Source: Octopus vulgaris
Taxonomy: Eukaryota
Length of the DNA stretch: 64,000 bases
Direction: 5' to 3'
Assembly (NCBI GenBank): GCA_951406725.2
Contig: OX597835.1
Location: 21,824,001 to 21,888,000 of the forward strand
Below the pieces are notes generated by a model, which saw only the letters and a list, made by a program, of their open reading frames with translations, was not told the DNA's origin and searched no databases. The translations under genes were made by a program, and so were the position numbers. Each line of letters begins with the position of its first letter. Positions within the stretch are counted from its first letter, which is position 1. Positions 37,308-51,617 of the stretch are shown here, piece by piece.

Positions 37308-37607
37308 TATGATGGGCTTCTTTCAGTTTCCGTCTACCAAATCCACTCACAAGGCTTTGGTCGGTCCGAGGCTATAGTAGAAGACACTTGCCCAAGGTGC
37401 CACGCAGTGGGACTGAACCTGGAACCATGTGGTTGGGAAGCAAGCTACTTACCACACAGCCACTCCTGTGCCTATCTATCTATCTATATATATATATATA
37501 TCTACCTATCTATCTACACACACACACACAGTCTTCAGGTATTGCAGTTTTCTGTCCTATAGGGTCTTTCAACCCAATAATTACACACTATTATTTACAG
37601 CTTCACT

Positions 37608-37830
37608 AAGGCAGTGAGCTGGCAGAGTCATTAGCACTCTGGGCAAAATGCTCAGCAGCATTTCATCTGTCACTATGTCCTGAGTTCAAATTCCACCAAG
37701 GTCAACTTTGCCTTTCATCTTTTCAGGGTCAATAAAATTGAGTAAAATACTGAAATACTGGGGTCAGTGTGATCAACTAGTCCCCTCTCCCAAAAATTTC
37801 AGACCTCGTGCCTTTAGTAGAAAGGATTAC
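37608..37830 (+). mobile_element. SINE family C, older variant
   Basis: Head and Meta-like core are recognisable. Confidence 0.8.
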
Positions 37831-37867
37831 TTATAGCTTCACTAGCCCCAGAACCTTATCTGAATTG

Positions 37868-39182
37868 CTTTCTCTCTCTCTCTCACTCACTCACTCTCCC
37901 TTTCACTCATTTTCTCTCTCACTCTCTCTTTCACTCATTTGCTCTCTCTCTCTCTCACTCACTCTCCCTTTCACTCATTTGCTCTCCCTCTCTCTCACTC
38001 ACTCACTCTCTCTTTCACTCATTTGCTCTCTCTCTCTCTCACTCACTCTCCCTTTCACTCATTTGCTCTCTCTCTCTCACTCACTCTCCCTTTCACTCAT
38101 TTGCTCTCTCTCTCTCTCACTCACTCTCTCTTTCACTCATTTGCTCTCTCTCTCTCTCTCACTCACTCTCCCTTTCACTCATTTGCTCTCTCTCTCTCTC
38201 TCACTCACTCACTCTCTCTTTCACTCATTTGCTCTCTCTCTCTCACTCACTCTCCCTTTCACTCACTTACTCTCCCTCTCTCTCTCTCACTCACTCACTC
38301 TCTCTTTCACTCATTTGCTCTCTCTCTCTCACTCACTCTCCCTTTCACTCATTTGCTCTCTCTCTCTCTCTCTCACTCACTCACTCTCTCTTTCACTCAT
38401 TTGCTCTCTCTCTCTCACTCACTCTCCCTTTCACTCATTTGCTCTCTCTCTCTCTCACTCACTCTCCCTTTCACTCATTTGCTCTCCCTCTCTCTCACTC
38501 ACTCACTCTCTCTTTCACTCATTTGCTCTCTCTCTCTCTCACTCACTCTCCCTTTCACTCACTTACTCTCCCTCTCTCTCACTCACTCACTCTCTCTTTC
38601 ACTCATTTGCTCTCTCTCTCTCACTCACTCTCCCTTTCACTCATTTGCTCTCCCTCTCTCTCACTCACTCACTCTCTCTTTCACTCATTTGCTCTCTCTC
38701 TCTCACTCACTCACTCTCCCTTTCACTCATTTGCTCTCTCTCTCTCTCACTCACTCTCCCTTTCACTCACTTACTCTCCCTCTCTCTCACTCACTCACTC
38801 TCTCTTTCACTCATTTGCTCTCTCTCTCTCTCACTCACTCTCCCTTTCACTCATTTGCTCTCCCTCTCTCTCTCTCACTCACTCTCCCTTTCACTCATTT
38901 GCTCTCTCTCTCTCTCTCACTCACTCTCCCTTTCACTCATTTGCTCTCCCTCTCTCTCACTCACTCACTCTCTCTTTCACTTATTTGCTCTCTCTCTCTC
39001 TCACTCACTCTCCCTTTCACTCATTTGCTCTCTCTCTCTCTCACTCACTCTCCCTTTCACTCATTTGCTCTCTCTCTCTCTCACTCACTCTCCCTTTCAC
39101 TCATTTGCTCTCTCTCTCTCTCTCTCACTCTCCCTTTCACTCATTTGCTCTCTCTCTCTCTCTCTCACTCACTCACTCTCCC
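37868..39182. repeat. Pyrimidine-rich ~38-46-bp minisatellite (TTTCACTCATTTG(CT)nCACTCACTCTCCC), resuming at ~39780-39960
   Basis: Direct reading. Confidence 0.93.
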
Positions 39183-39524
39183 TGTTCATGCAATTGGGTG
39201 AATTTTAGTTTGCAGGTGCAGCCAGAACACCTGCAGTGTCTTCAATTGCAGCTGTCCATGTCACGTCTTACAACCTTTGCAGTGTTTTCACAGCTTTGGA
39301 CAGCAGTTGTGATGTCAGCATTTTGACACCTGGTGCAAATCCTCATGATACAGGTAAGTCTTTTCCAATATTCAGATGGCTTCCAGTCCTCCGTGTCAAC
39401 TAACCTCTTCCCAATCACAGCTTTAATCTTTATGCTCTCCAACGCCATTGACTGTTCACCAAGACATCAAGCTGTGTACCAGATAAAGGAGAAATTTTTT
39501 TTAAATCATTAAATTTATCAGAAC

Positions 39525-39579
<55 letters not shown>

Positions 39580-40400
39580 CCTTTCATTCTCTTGCTCTCT
39601 CTTTCTCTTTCTCTCTCTATCTCTCTCATTTGCTCACTCTCTCTTTCTCTTTATCTCTCGCTCACTTAACTCTCCCCCCCTCTCTCTCTCTCTCACTCAC
39701 TGTCTCTCTCTTTCACTCTTTTTCTCTCTCTCACTCGCTCTGTCTGGCTGTCTGTCACTTTCTCTCTCTCTCTCTCTCTCTCTCACTCACTCAATCTCCC
39801 TTTCACTCATTTGCTCTCTCTCTCTCACTCACTCACTCTCCCTTTCACTCATTTGCTCTCTCTCTCTCACACACACTCACTCTCCTTTTCACACATTTGC
39901 TCTCTCTCTCTCACTCACTCACACACTCTCCCTTTCACTCATTTGCTCTCTCTTTCTCTTTCCAGGCAGTTTAAATGCATAAGTTTCTGATATCAAGTGG
40001 CTAAAATGGATCTGCAGAAGGACATCTGGGAGTCAAGACCAGGATGCAGCTTGATTCTCTTAGAGTACAAGAGGTTAAGGGCTGAAACACTTGCCTGGAT
40101 TAGGGTTCCTTCTCTGAAGACCTTTTTGCCATTCAGCTCTCTTGAGCTTCTTACCACTATACTCTTTTTACTCTTTTACTCTTTTACTCTTTTACTTGTT
40201 TCAGTCATTTGACTGCGGCCATGCTGGAGCACCGCCTTTAATCGAGCAACTCAACCCCGGGACTTATTCTTTTGTAAGCCCAGTACTTATTCTATGGGTC
40301 TCTTTTGCCGAACCGCTAAGTAACGGGGACATCAACACACCAGCATTGGTTGTCAAGCAATGCTAGGGGGACAAACACAGACACACAAACACACACATGC

Positions 40401-40438
<38 letters not shown>

Positions 40439-40715
40439 GACGGGCTTCTTTTCAGTTTCCGTCTACCAAATCCACTCACAAAGCTTTGGTCAGCCCAAGG
40501 CTATAGTAGAAGATACTTGCCCAAGGTGCCACGCAGTGGGACTGAACCCGGAACCATGTGGTTGGTAAACAAGCTACTTACCACACAGCCACTCCTACGC
40601 TTATATACATATATATAGTTAATCCAAACAAGAAAGCACAAAAAAACACAACAACGCGAGGACGTGAAACAAATATAGTATTATTGGACGCTCAGGAAAG
40701 AAGGAATGAAGGAGG

Positions 40716-40750
40716 GTTTAACGTTTCGAGTGGAGCTCTTCGTCGGAAAC
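40716..40750 (-). ncRNA. Minimal hammerhead-like motif, CCGACGA core
   Basis: Minus strand: GTTT CCGACGA A GAG-ctcca-CTC GAA ACGT T AAAC, inside the (TA)n-flanked element ~40618-40873. Confidence 0.58.
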
Positions 40751-41077
40751 ATAGGAGAAGGAAAGATCCAGAGAAGGGAAGACAGGAAAAAGAAAAAAAA
40801 ATCGCCAACAGTACACCTGCTTGTTGTTTCTTCTCCTGTTTTCATCCTTTGTTTTCTGTAAATTTGAAATGTCTATATATATAGGTGTAGGAGTGGCTGT
40901 GTGGTAAGTAGCTTGCTTACAAACCACATGGTTCCAGGTACAGTCCCACTGCGTGGCACCTTGGGCAAGTGTCTTCTACTATAGCCTCGGGCTGACCAAA
41001 GCCTTGTGAGTGGATTTGGTAGACGGAAACTGAAAGAAGCCTGTTGTATATGTTGTATATATATATGTTGTATATGT

Positions 41078-41117
<40 letters not shown>

Positions 41118-41188
41118 TATACAGTGTATATGTGTGTATGTATATATAAATGTATGTGTGTGTGTAAGTGTATATGTATGTATCTGTG

Positions 41189-41221
<33 letters not shown>

Positions 41222-41242
41222 AGAGAGAGAGAGAGAGGAGAG

Positions 41243-41333
<91 letters not shown>

Positions 41334-41834
41334 ATAATCATTTGAGAGCAGAACATGTATACACTACATCCCTCCCTTTCATTGTCTTCCTATTTTCTCC
41401 TGCATCCCCAAACCATTCCTCCAACCATGCCCTCTCCTCTCTGCAATACTCTGTCCTTAATATCCACTTTTATCTGTTATCACTCTAACACAAATTTAAT
41501 TATCTCTGCTCACATGCTCATGAAATGTCCCCCCCTCCTCCACTCACTCACCCACTCCATGCATTGAGCGTATGTCCTGACACATCCATCACCATCTCTT
41601 TCGCCTTCTCCATCTCTATCCTTCTCCTCTATGTCTGTCTTTCTCGCATTTCTCCTCCAACTGGAATACCCCCCCCCGTATCCCTTCTGCAGCAAAACCT
41701 CCTATTCTATCCCTATATTATTCTTTTTAACCTCTCATCCACTGACACAAAACCACTCCCCGCTATACCACTCCTACAAATCCAGGACACTTTGTTCTGA
41801 CAAGATATTTGGTATTTTGCAAGATATTTGGTAT

Positions 41835-42563
41835 AAGGCGGCGAGCTGGCAGAAACGTTAGCATACCAGGCAAAATGCTTAGCGGTATTTCATCTACCAC
41901 AACGTTCTGAGTTCAAATTCCGCCGAGGTCGACTTTGCCTTTCATCTTTTCGGGGTCGATTAAATAAGTACCAGTTACGCACTGGAGTCGATATAATCAG
42001 CTTAATCCGTGTGTCTGTCCTTGTTTGTCCTCTCTGTGTGTAGCCCCTTGTGGGTAGTAAAGACATAAGATATTTGGTAATACACACCAAATCCTGGTGC
42101 TTCAAAAAAAAAAAAAAGGGAAAAATAAGCTACTCAGTATACACTGTAAAGTGGTTGGCATTAGGAAGTTTCTCCAGCTGTAGAAACCTTGCCAAAACAG
42201 GGAAAGTTGAGATTGGCGCAGGCTTCTGGTTTGATAGATCTTGTCAAGCCATCCAACCCATGCCAGCATGGAAAACGGATGTTAAATGATGGTGGTGGTG
42301 GTGGTGGTGGTGGTATGTTTGCCATTTAAGGTGGTGAGCTGGCAGAAACGTTAGCACGCTGGGCGAAATGCTTTGTGGTATTTCGTCTGCCGTTACGTTC
42401 TGAGTTCAAATTCCGCCGAGGTCGACTTTGCCTTTCATCCTTTCAGGGTCGATAAATTAAGTACCAGTTACGCACTGGGGTCGATGTAATCAACTTAATC
42501 CGTGTGTCTGTCCTTGTTTGTCCCCTCTGTGTTTAGCCCCTTGTGGGTAATAAAGACATAGGT
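41835..42563 (+). mobile_element. Two full-length family-C SINEs (41835-42067 and 42327-42560)
   Basis: TSDs AAGATATTTGGTA and GGTATGTTTGCCATT. Confidence 0.9.
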
Positions 42564-43319
42564 ATGTTTGCCATTCTAAAACGGAGGGCTAGTCTTAAGG
42601 ATGAGAATCAAGCAATGGTAAGAATGTGCTTTCACTTAGAGAGAGGCCCAGCATTCGGAGTAACTGTAAAGATTCTCACTGAGTAACACTCCCAGTTAGA
42701 AGTGTTGTTCCCTACTATAAGTAATGCTTGAGTTTAGTGAAGGTGCATGGCTCAGTGGTTAGAGAATTAGGCTCTCAATCGTGAGGTGGTGAGTTCGATT
42801 CTCAGGCCAGGCTGAGTGTTGTGTTCTTGAGCAAGACACTTTATTTCACATTGCTCCAGTTCACTCGGCTGTAGAAATGAGGTGTGACATCACTGGTGTC
42901 AAGCTGTATCGGCCCCTTTGCTTTTCCCTTAGGATCAACACTTCCTTCTTTTACCCATTCCTAACCGATTTATGTCCCTGCTAAACAACAATAACAAATG
43001 CTACACAAAACATGCGTTTAAATAAATGAATGTCTTTAGTTCAACAGCCGCTGATGAGGTGAATAATCTGTCAAAATACCTAGTTGTGTCTTATGAAGTA
43101 ACTTGTGGCAAATACCCCAAATTTTCTTCAAGTGGTATCATTCTTACTGCTTGTTTAATCTATGAGCATTTAGATCGATCATGTAGGTATAAAAAATCAT
43201 ATTAATAGCTTCTTGCTGAGTCCTTGTGCACTCCCATTCAAGAAATATCTCTTTCGTTGATATGAACTAATATTGTACTTACTATATAAGTTCATGTATG
43301 TTTATCTTATATATAGGTA

Positions 43320-43353
<34 letters not shown>

Positions 43354-43362
43354 CATACATAC

Positions 43363-43445
<83 letters not shown>

Positions 43446-43667
43446 CATATATATGTATGTATATTATGAATGTACTTTACTCCGTCCTGTCATATGTCAT
43501 CATGACAAGGTAATCTATTATCTATGCGTACGTGTTTGTGATATTCATGCATGTATGTATAGTCTGCTGTGTGTGTATATGTATATGTGCATGTATATGT
43601 ATGTATAGCTGTACTTGATTAAGAGAAATTGACTTACATTCTATGGTACCATTGTTATAATATATTT

Positions 43668-43709
<42 letters not shown>

Positions 43710-44109
43710 CATGCATGTATATACACAAATATGCATGCATATATAGGTAGATAAGTGCAGGTGTCACTGTGTAGTAAGAAGATTGCTTCACAACGACATT
43801 GTTTAGCGCAACTCATGGTACTTTGTGTAGGTATCTTCTACTGTAGCCTCAGGTCGACCAAACCTTTATGAATGGATCTGGTAGACAGAAACTGAAAGAA
43901 TCTCATCGTATATAAAGAAAGACTGTGGGAACAAATTTGGCAATTTTTGGCAAAATATGTACCCTTTTACCAAAAGTTAGTGAAATATTTAAAATGTTTA
44001 CAGTTGGATAGATAGACAAATATAACAAAATAATTTGATAAAAAATGTGAATTTTTAATTATTTTCTGAGATTTTACAAAAACAACAAAAATATTTTTTA
44101 ATTTTCTAT

Positions 44110-44140
<31 letters not shown>

Positions 44141-44141
44141 T

Positions 44142-44243
<102 letters not shown>

Positions 44244-44667
44244 TCAGATGAATATGGTACTTAAGTTGAGGTACCAGAATTTAGTACAGTATCATACAAT
44301 TTCAAAATAAGATGATTATTGTTTTCCTTGTATCGTCTGTCTGGATATTTTGTTGTCCATTTAATCAGCAAAATATTATTTTTGTAGGTTTTTGCCGATT
44401 ACAAATGAAGAATTTTGCTGAGGAAAGTGAAAGCAGAAGGACAGATGGTTTTCTTGAGAAAGTGAAAATGAATTCATGGAAAGCATGCGTGTGTGTGCAT
44501 GTGTGTGTGTGTGTATGTGTGTGTATGTGTGTGCATGTGTGTGTGTGTGTGTGTGTACAGCATTAAAATAAGAGATACAAATAATTTCTTCATATATAAA
44601 AGAAAGTCTTTTATTTTTCAAGCCTACACTCTTCAACAGAAAGGAGCATAAAGAAATATTTATACAT

Positions 44668-44726
<59 letters not shown>

Positions 44727-44908
44727 AGTATGTATATATATATATGGCACGTAAAAAGCACCCACTACACTCACGGAGTGGTTGGCGTTAGGAAGGGCAT
44801 CCAGCCGTAGAAACACTGCCAGATCTGACTGGGCCTGATGAAGCCTTCCAGCTTCACAGACCCCAGTTGAACCGTCCAACCCATGCTAGCATGGGGAACG
44901 GACGCTAA

Positions 44909-44946
<38 letters not shown>

Positions 44947-45265
44947 ATATATATGGTTTTCTTGAGAAAGTGAAAATGAATTCATGGAAAGCACGTGTGT
45001 GTGTGAACTCATTTAAAGAATCTTGCAAACCAAATCCAAAAGCGAAATATATATATATGGTTTTCTTGAGAAAGTGAAAATGAATTCATGGAAAGCATGT
45101 GTGTGTGTGTGTGTGTACTGCATTAAAATAATAGATGCAAATAATTTCTTCCATAAAGACTCGTGGTTAGACAGATTTCTATAGCGTGCCTTATGTCACC
45201 AATCTATGTTCAGGCCCTTATTGGATGTAGTACTTTTTATGTCGATCCTACCTGAATGGAACAGT

Positions 45266-45303
<38 letters not shown>

Positions 45304-45884
45304 GTATGTATTTATACGGGAGACCCCCACCCCTTTCCTTTGGTCATGACTGACCATGGGGTTGCTCCTAGAAAGTTACCCTCTGAGGCACAAGTCCGGG
45401 CAAGGTTGTTTATGGAAGACCAGCAATCACCCATGCATACCAGCCTCCCCTCTCCATGCCACCAATATCGTCCAAGAGAAAAAGCAACGGCTGATACAGC
45501 TTGGCACCAGTGACATCGCAACTCATTTCTACAGACGAGTGAACTGGAGCAACGTGAAATAAAGTATCTTGCCCCAGAACACAACACGCAGTCCAGTTCG
45601 GGATTCAAACTCACAACCTCACAGTTGTCAGTTCTAGGTGGAAGTTTTAAGTAGAAGCTCAAAGTTCGAAGTAGAGGCTCCTTCCTCTTTCAAGTGTCAC
45701 ATGTGGCTCACCAGAGACATGATATTGTACCTTTCCATTATTCTAAAAGAGTATTTGTGGTTGTTCAAATGTTGCTTTTATGGGGGGCTCAGATGAACCT
45801 ACATATTACTGCTGTAAAGCTGTGTGGTGTGCTTCTTCTTCAGAAATATGCACTACTGACGATATTTATACATACATACATACA

Positions 45885-45922
<38 letters not shown>

Positions 45923-46277
45923 TGAAATTTACAGAAAAACAAAAGACGAAGACAGGTGCATAAACAACAAACAAGTGTATTAGTTTGATCCTTGGGAAGG
46001 TGAGAAAGTCTTTTACATTTCAAGCCTACGCTCTTCAGCAGAAAGGAACATGAGGAAATATATATATATATATATATATAAAGTGAGATAGGGGTTGTGA
46101 GTGTAACCCTCTATGGGATAACATATATCCAATATACTCTCATTGATGTGTACTGTTTTGTTCTGTATTATTGTGTTTGATCTTGATGTTCCTATGTAGT
46201 TGGTTAATGAATTATGTGAATGGGTATTATCTTGTAGTTGATTATTGATTAAAGTGTATTCCTCCATTTTCTTATTT

Positions 46278-46365
<88 letters not shown>

Positions 46366-46370
46366 AAATA

Positions 46371-46416
<46 letters not shown>

Positions 46417-46438
46417 GTATGTATATATGTGTGTGTGT

Positions 46439-46728
46439 GTGGAGGCGCAATGGCCCAGTGGTTAGGGCAGCGGACTCGCGGTCGTAGGATCGTGGTTTCG
46501 ATTCCCAGACCGGGCGTTGTGAGTGTTTATTGAGCGAAAACACCTAAAAAGCTCCACGAGGCTCTGGCAGGGGGTAGTGATCCCTGCTGTACTCTTTTAC
46601 CACTCTTTCTTCTGTTGGCCTGCTCGCTTAGCCAGCGGGGTGGCGTCATTCGAAGGCTAAGACAATGTGAACGCATTGTGACCAGCGATGTGTAGCAACA
46701 TCTGATGGTCCGGTCGGTCACGTGATCA
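46439..46728 (+). mobile_element. SINE family B variant
   Basis: Matches 26868-27177. Confidence 0.88.
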
Positions 46729-46732
46729 CGTG

Positions 46733-46797
<65 letters not shown>

Positions 46798-47684
46798 GCC
46801 AATGCACTAAACTCTTGGTCCTTGAGCTATTGTAACTTTCTTCCGATTATTAGTGAAAAAGCGCATATATACACTTGTGTTTTGAGTTCCATTTTCCTGT
46901 TTACATAACTAGACCTACATTCCCTTCTGTGTACGTGTGCATGCGTGCGTGTGTGTGTGGTATATGTGATGATTGCTCCTTTCGATTTCAACGTACAGGT
47001 GTTTGAAAGAGAGGATTTAAGAAGAGAGAAAGAGAGGGGAGAGAGAGAGAGAGAAGATAAAGACAACTTCAAAAATAAGCTGCATCTGTCTCATCATGCC
47101 ATTTTATGTTGCAATTATTGCGCAGACTGACATCATCATCACCATCGTTTAACGTCCTTTTTCCGCGCTAGCACGGGTTGGACGGTTCGACCGGGGTCTG
47201 GGAAGCCAGGGGCTGCACCAGGCTCCAGTCTGATCTGGCAGTGTTTCTACAGCTGGATGCCCTTCCTAACGCCAACCACTCCGCGAGTGTAGTAGGTGCT
47301 TTTTACGTGCCATCTGCACATGTAAAACCTGACATGTGAAATCATTTAAATTTCTTTATATATGTCTTTAGATGCATTGTACTTATGTTACAATATCTAC
47401 AACATAAAATGGCCAGATAAGATATCAAATGTCAGAATCTTATGTGGTATCTTCAGTATCAAAATGATACTGCTGAATGTTACTTTTTAATGTTTCATTA
47501 AAAAGTCTCCATTTTTCTGGAAGTTATGAGGCAACAAAGTCAGTGGGGAATTAAACTGTAGTTATGCCTTTTTTCAATAAAAATTAACGCTAACGGATTA
47601 ACGTTGACTTCAGTTACATTTTCAAAGAATTAACGGATTAACGATTAATGAAGTTAACTTTTCGATTAACAGGACCCAACTTTG

Positions 47685-47731
<47 letters not shown>

Positions 47732-47780
47732 ATTTTATGAAAGAATGGAGTTGAACGACTTGTTAACAAATTTCCTTTAT

Positions 47781-47861
47781 TTTCAACATATGTTTCGAAG
47801 GCTGCATATTCCTAATTCTGAAGGAATAAGGAGTACATTATGCAGATTTCTCATCAGGAAA
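47781..47861 (-). ncRNA. Type-I hammerhead motif, second copy of the 28.7-kb family
   Basis: Minus strand: TTTC CTGATGA GAAATCTGCATA...TATGCAGCCTTC GAA ACATATGT T GAAA. It is bracketed by 47-bp inverted arms at 47730-47776 and 47934-47980. Confidence 0.72.
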
Positions 47862-48346
47862 GGCAAGGAACTTATGTCGACATCAAAATGCACAAAAAAC
47901 TTTTAGCTGACTGCTCTCAAGGAGCCCATGGTGAGGAAATTTGTTAACAAGTCGTTCAACTCCATTCTTTCATAAAATTATATTTTTAAAATAAACATAC
48001 AAATTTCCGCACGAAAGCACGTAGTCTATGCCCTAGGGACGTAACTTCAACCGTGTTCTTTCTGATGTGAATTTGCTACCCAGGTATCGGTTATCTTTCG
48101 AATTATCCTTAATAAGATAATTCATTCAACTACTCAAATATATATATATATATATATATATACATACACACACATATATATATAATATGGGGTTTAGTTC
48201 ACAGGTACCCTTCTCATTTTCCCTATTTGTCTCCGACGACGGAATGTCCCAAGACTGATTTTTTTTCCCAATAATAATAATGTATGACTTGAAATGTTTG
48301 CCTTGCCTTAATGTTTGTTGTCATCTTTAACAATTATATATATATA

Positions 48347-49616
48347 TTGAGTTGTCAAGAAAGTTCTTGTGGAATTTTTAATTTTGGTTTTAAATGATGT
48401 ATTTTCAAATTAATTTTCGTTAAATTACTTTGACTTTATGTATCATTTTAAAGCCCGTCTTTCGCTCTATCTAATCGTGTTACTCTTTTTCTTTTTTTGA
48501 ATAATTAGGCCATTTTTTCCGGAACGTTGAATACAACAGAGACAATTCGCACAATTTTCTTATTCCAGTTCAAGCTAGGCCGAAAAGCTGCTGAAACAGC
48601 TCGCGATATCAATGATGCGTTTGTATCAGAAACCACTAATGAACATACAACACAATGGTGGTTCAAGAAATTTCGAGATTCTTGAAGATGATAAACATAA
48701 TTGTCGGCCATCGGATGTTGACAACGATCAACTAAGAGCCTTAGTCGAAGCCAGTCCACGCACAACTGTTCGAGAGCTTGCTTCTGAATTAGACGTAATG
48801 TATACGACAATTTCCAACCACTTGAAAGATAGGAAAAACAAAAATACTTGAGAAGTGGGTGTCGCACGAATTGAACGATCTCGCCTCCAAAAAAAAAAAC
48901 GCTGTTTTGAAGTGTCATCTTCCCTTCTTTTACGCAACAAGAGTGACCCGTTTCTTGACCAGATTGTGACTTGCAATAAAAAGTGGATTCTTTATGACAA
49001 CTGTCGACGTTCAGCTCTGTGATTGGATGCCGACGAAGCTCCACGGCACTTCCCGAAGCCAAAGTTGCACCAAAAGAAGATCATGGTGACTGTTTGGTGG
49101 TCGGCGGCCGGTCTCATCCATCACAGCTTTTTGGATCCAGGCGAAACCATTACGGTGGAGAAGTACTATCAGCAAATGGATGAAATACATAAAAAAACTC
49201 CGACAACAGCCAGCATTGCTCAATAGAAAAGGAGCAATTCTTCTCCACGACAACGCTCGGTCGCATGTCACACAACTGACCCTGCAGAAGTTGAATGAAT
49301 TAGGCTACAAAATTCTGCCTCATCTGCCATACTCACCAGACCTCTCGCCTATTGACTACCACTTTTTCAAGCATCTCGACAACTTTCTGCATGAGAAATG
49401 CTTCAAAAACCAAGACAATGCCAAACATCAACAACTTCATCGCCACCAGAACGCAGGGTTTTTACGCTACTGGCATAAATAAACTTGTTTCGCATTGGCA
49501 AAAGCATGTTGATTCTGATGGTGTTTATTTCAATTAATAAAGTTTTGATTGAGCCAAGATATGTGCACATCTGAATTTGAAGGTTAAAAACTTTAAGAAC
49601 TTTCTTGACAACCTAA
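48347..49616 (+). mobile_element. Full-length (~1.27 kb) defective mariner, Hsmar1/cecropia-like
   Basis: TIRs TTGAGTTGTCAAGAAAGTTCTT / AAGAACTTTCTTGACAACCTAA with TA flanks. Confidence 0.95.
48528..49537 (+). pseudogene. Mariner DD34D transposase pseudogene (frameshifts and a stop)
   Basis: FKLGRKAAETARDINDAF, WVSHEL, IVTCNKKWILYDN, HQKKIMVTVWW, LLHDNARSH, PYSPDLSPIDYHFF, WQKHVDSDGVYFN*. Confidence 0.93.
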
Positions 49617-49635
49617 TATATATGTGTGTGTGTGT

Positions 49636-49667
<32 letters not shown>

Positions 49668-49945
49668 CTATAATATAAATTGGACATGGGCGATCGTTGT
49701 ATTCTTTCTTGTATGTATATATATATATATATATATACAAAATAAGAAAATGGAGAAATACATCTTAATCAATAATCAACTACCAGTAATACCCAATTAC
49801 ATAATTTATTAAACCACTACATATGAACATTAAGGTCAAACATAATAATATAGAACAAAACAATGTACATGAATGAGTAATATGATACAATAAGTACAGT
49901 ATGTATAAGTGAATATAAATAAATACAAATATAAATATAAACTAC

Positions 49946-50072
49946 ATCTTACAGCTGTTTCGGCCATGCAGATATGGGTGTCTCATTATGCTCATATTAG
50001 CCATGTGTGATAGGTTAATATGTAGTTATAAATGAGACACTTACAAAAATATCCCAAGGCCTCTTCAGAGAT
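49946..50072 (-). ncRNA. Type-I hammerhead motif with a 92-nt structured stem-II extension
   Basis: Minus strand: ATCT CTGAAGA GGCC-(92 nt)-GGCC GAA ACAGCTGT A AGAT. The host element (~49738-50360) is related to 46085-46280. Confidence 0.78.
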
Positions 50073-50791
50073 TATGAAATACAAACTAAATTAAATATGA
50101 ATATCAGAGGAGGTACACCCATACAAGAGTAGGTGCATACCCATAATGTATAATATACACATACATAAGAGTGTATATACCCATACTCCTATACATATAT
50201 ATATATATATATACATAATAATATACAGCAATATACATACATATGTTCTATATTCAAGGTTATAGTTGGTCAAAACAATATAATAGAATAATTACAATAT
50301 AGAAAACATACACATATCTATATTCAAATGCAGATATACAGAGTCAAGAGTTCATTATATTAAATATATATATATAGGTAGGCACGGGCATGGCTGTGTG
50401 GTTAGGGAGCTTGCTTCCTAGCTACATGGTTTCGGGTTCAGTCCCACTGCGTGACACTTTGGGTAGGTGTCTTCTGCTATAGCCCCGAGTCGACCGAAGC
50501 TTTGTGATTGAATTCGGTAGGCGGAAGTTACTGCCGTGTGTGTATATAGCTGCTCAGTGCCTCTCCGAAAGAGAGAGAGGGAAAAACTACTTCGCTTGGC
50601 AACAGGTGGGGGTTGGCGTCAGGAAGGGCATCCAGCCGTAGAAAACTTGCCACACGCATAGCGCTGCGTATATGTGCATACATTTTTTCGTCTAACCCAT
50701 GCTAGCATGGAAAGCGGACGCTAAACGATGATGATGATATATATATATATATGTATGTATGTATGTATGTATATATATATATGTATGTATG

Positions 50792-50827
<36 letters not shown>

Positions 50828-51617
50828 CGTATATATTTATATATATATCTATATACATACATATATAAATAATATATATATATATATATATATAAAACTT
50901 TTGAGGAGTGACGAGAGAGACCAGTGTTAACTATCGTTAACAAAATCCTGTAATTAGCTTGTATTCTATTTTCTTTCTTTATTTTTATATATAAATTTAC
51001 CGTTAGTGTGATTCGAACACATATAGTAAAGGGAAATAAGCTGAATTAAAACAAGCATCCAGAAAGCAGCAATTTCGTTTGTCGCTTCTATCGATTGCGC
51101 CAATGAACCCTTAACCGAACATCGCTGACGTGTACTCGAGCACATGACCTCTGCGAAAGTAATTATACAGCGCGTAGTTATCAGTTTCTTTGTAACGAGA
51201 AAACCTGTTTTGGGACAAAATATACTTAAAAATAAATGAATTCTCCCTTGCTACTAACGAAGAAAAGCTTACGAAATAATAATAATATAAAAAATAACTC
51301 AAAAAAAGCAAGAAAGATAGATAAATAAATATATAAATCAGAGTAACGCTACCAACGAGAAGAAATTACAGAAAAGAAAAGCTATATACACATACACACA
51401 ACATTATTACCAGCTAAATAACTAATTATAATTTACGAAATTAACTGAACTCTGTCACCAAGCTGCCTTAGAAATATATATATATACATTTATATTCTGT
51501 ATTATTTTACCCATCAACCTGATTATTATATTTTTTCTTCTGTCATACGCGCCACCCATCCTGCCCTAGTTGATATCCACTATCACTATCACCCTTACTC
51601 CCTTGCCAGTCTATATA

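Noticed and set aside
37808-39326. Long Leu/Ser/His ORFs
   Set aside because: They are translations of a pyrimidine minisatellite.
43045-43136. Hammerhead at CCGCTGATGAGG...ACCCCAAATT
   Set aside because: CUGAUGA is present but the GAAA and stems are degraded. It may be a fossil but is not supportable.
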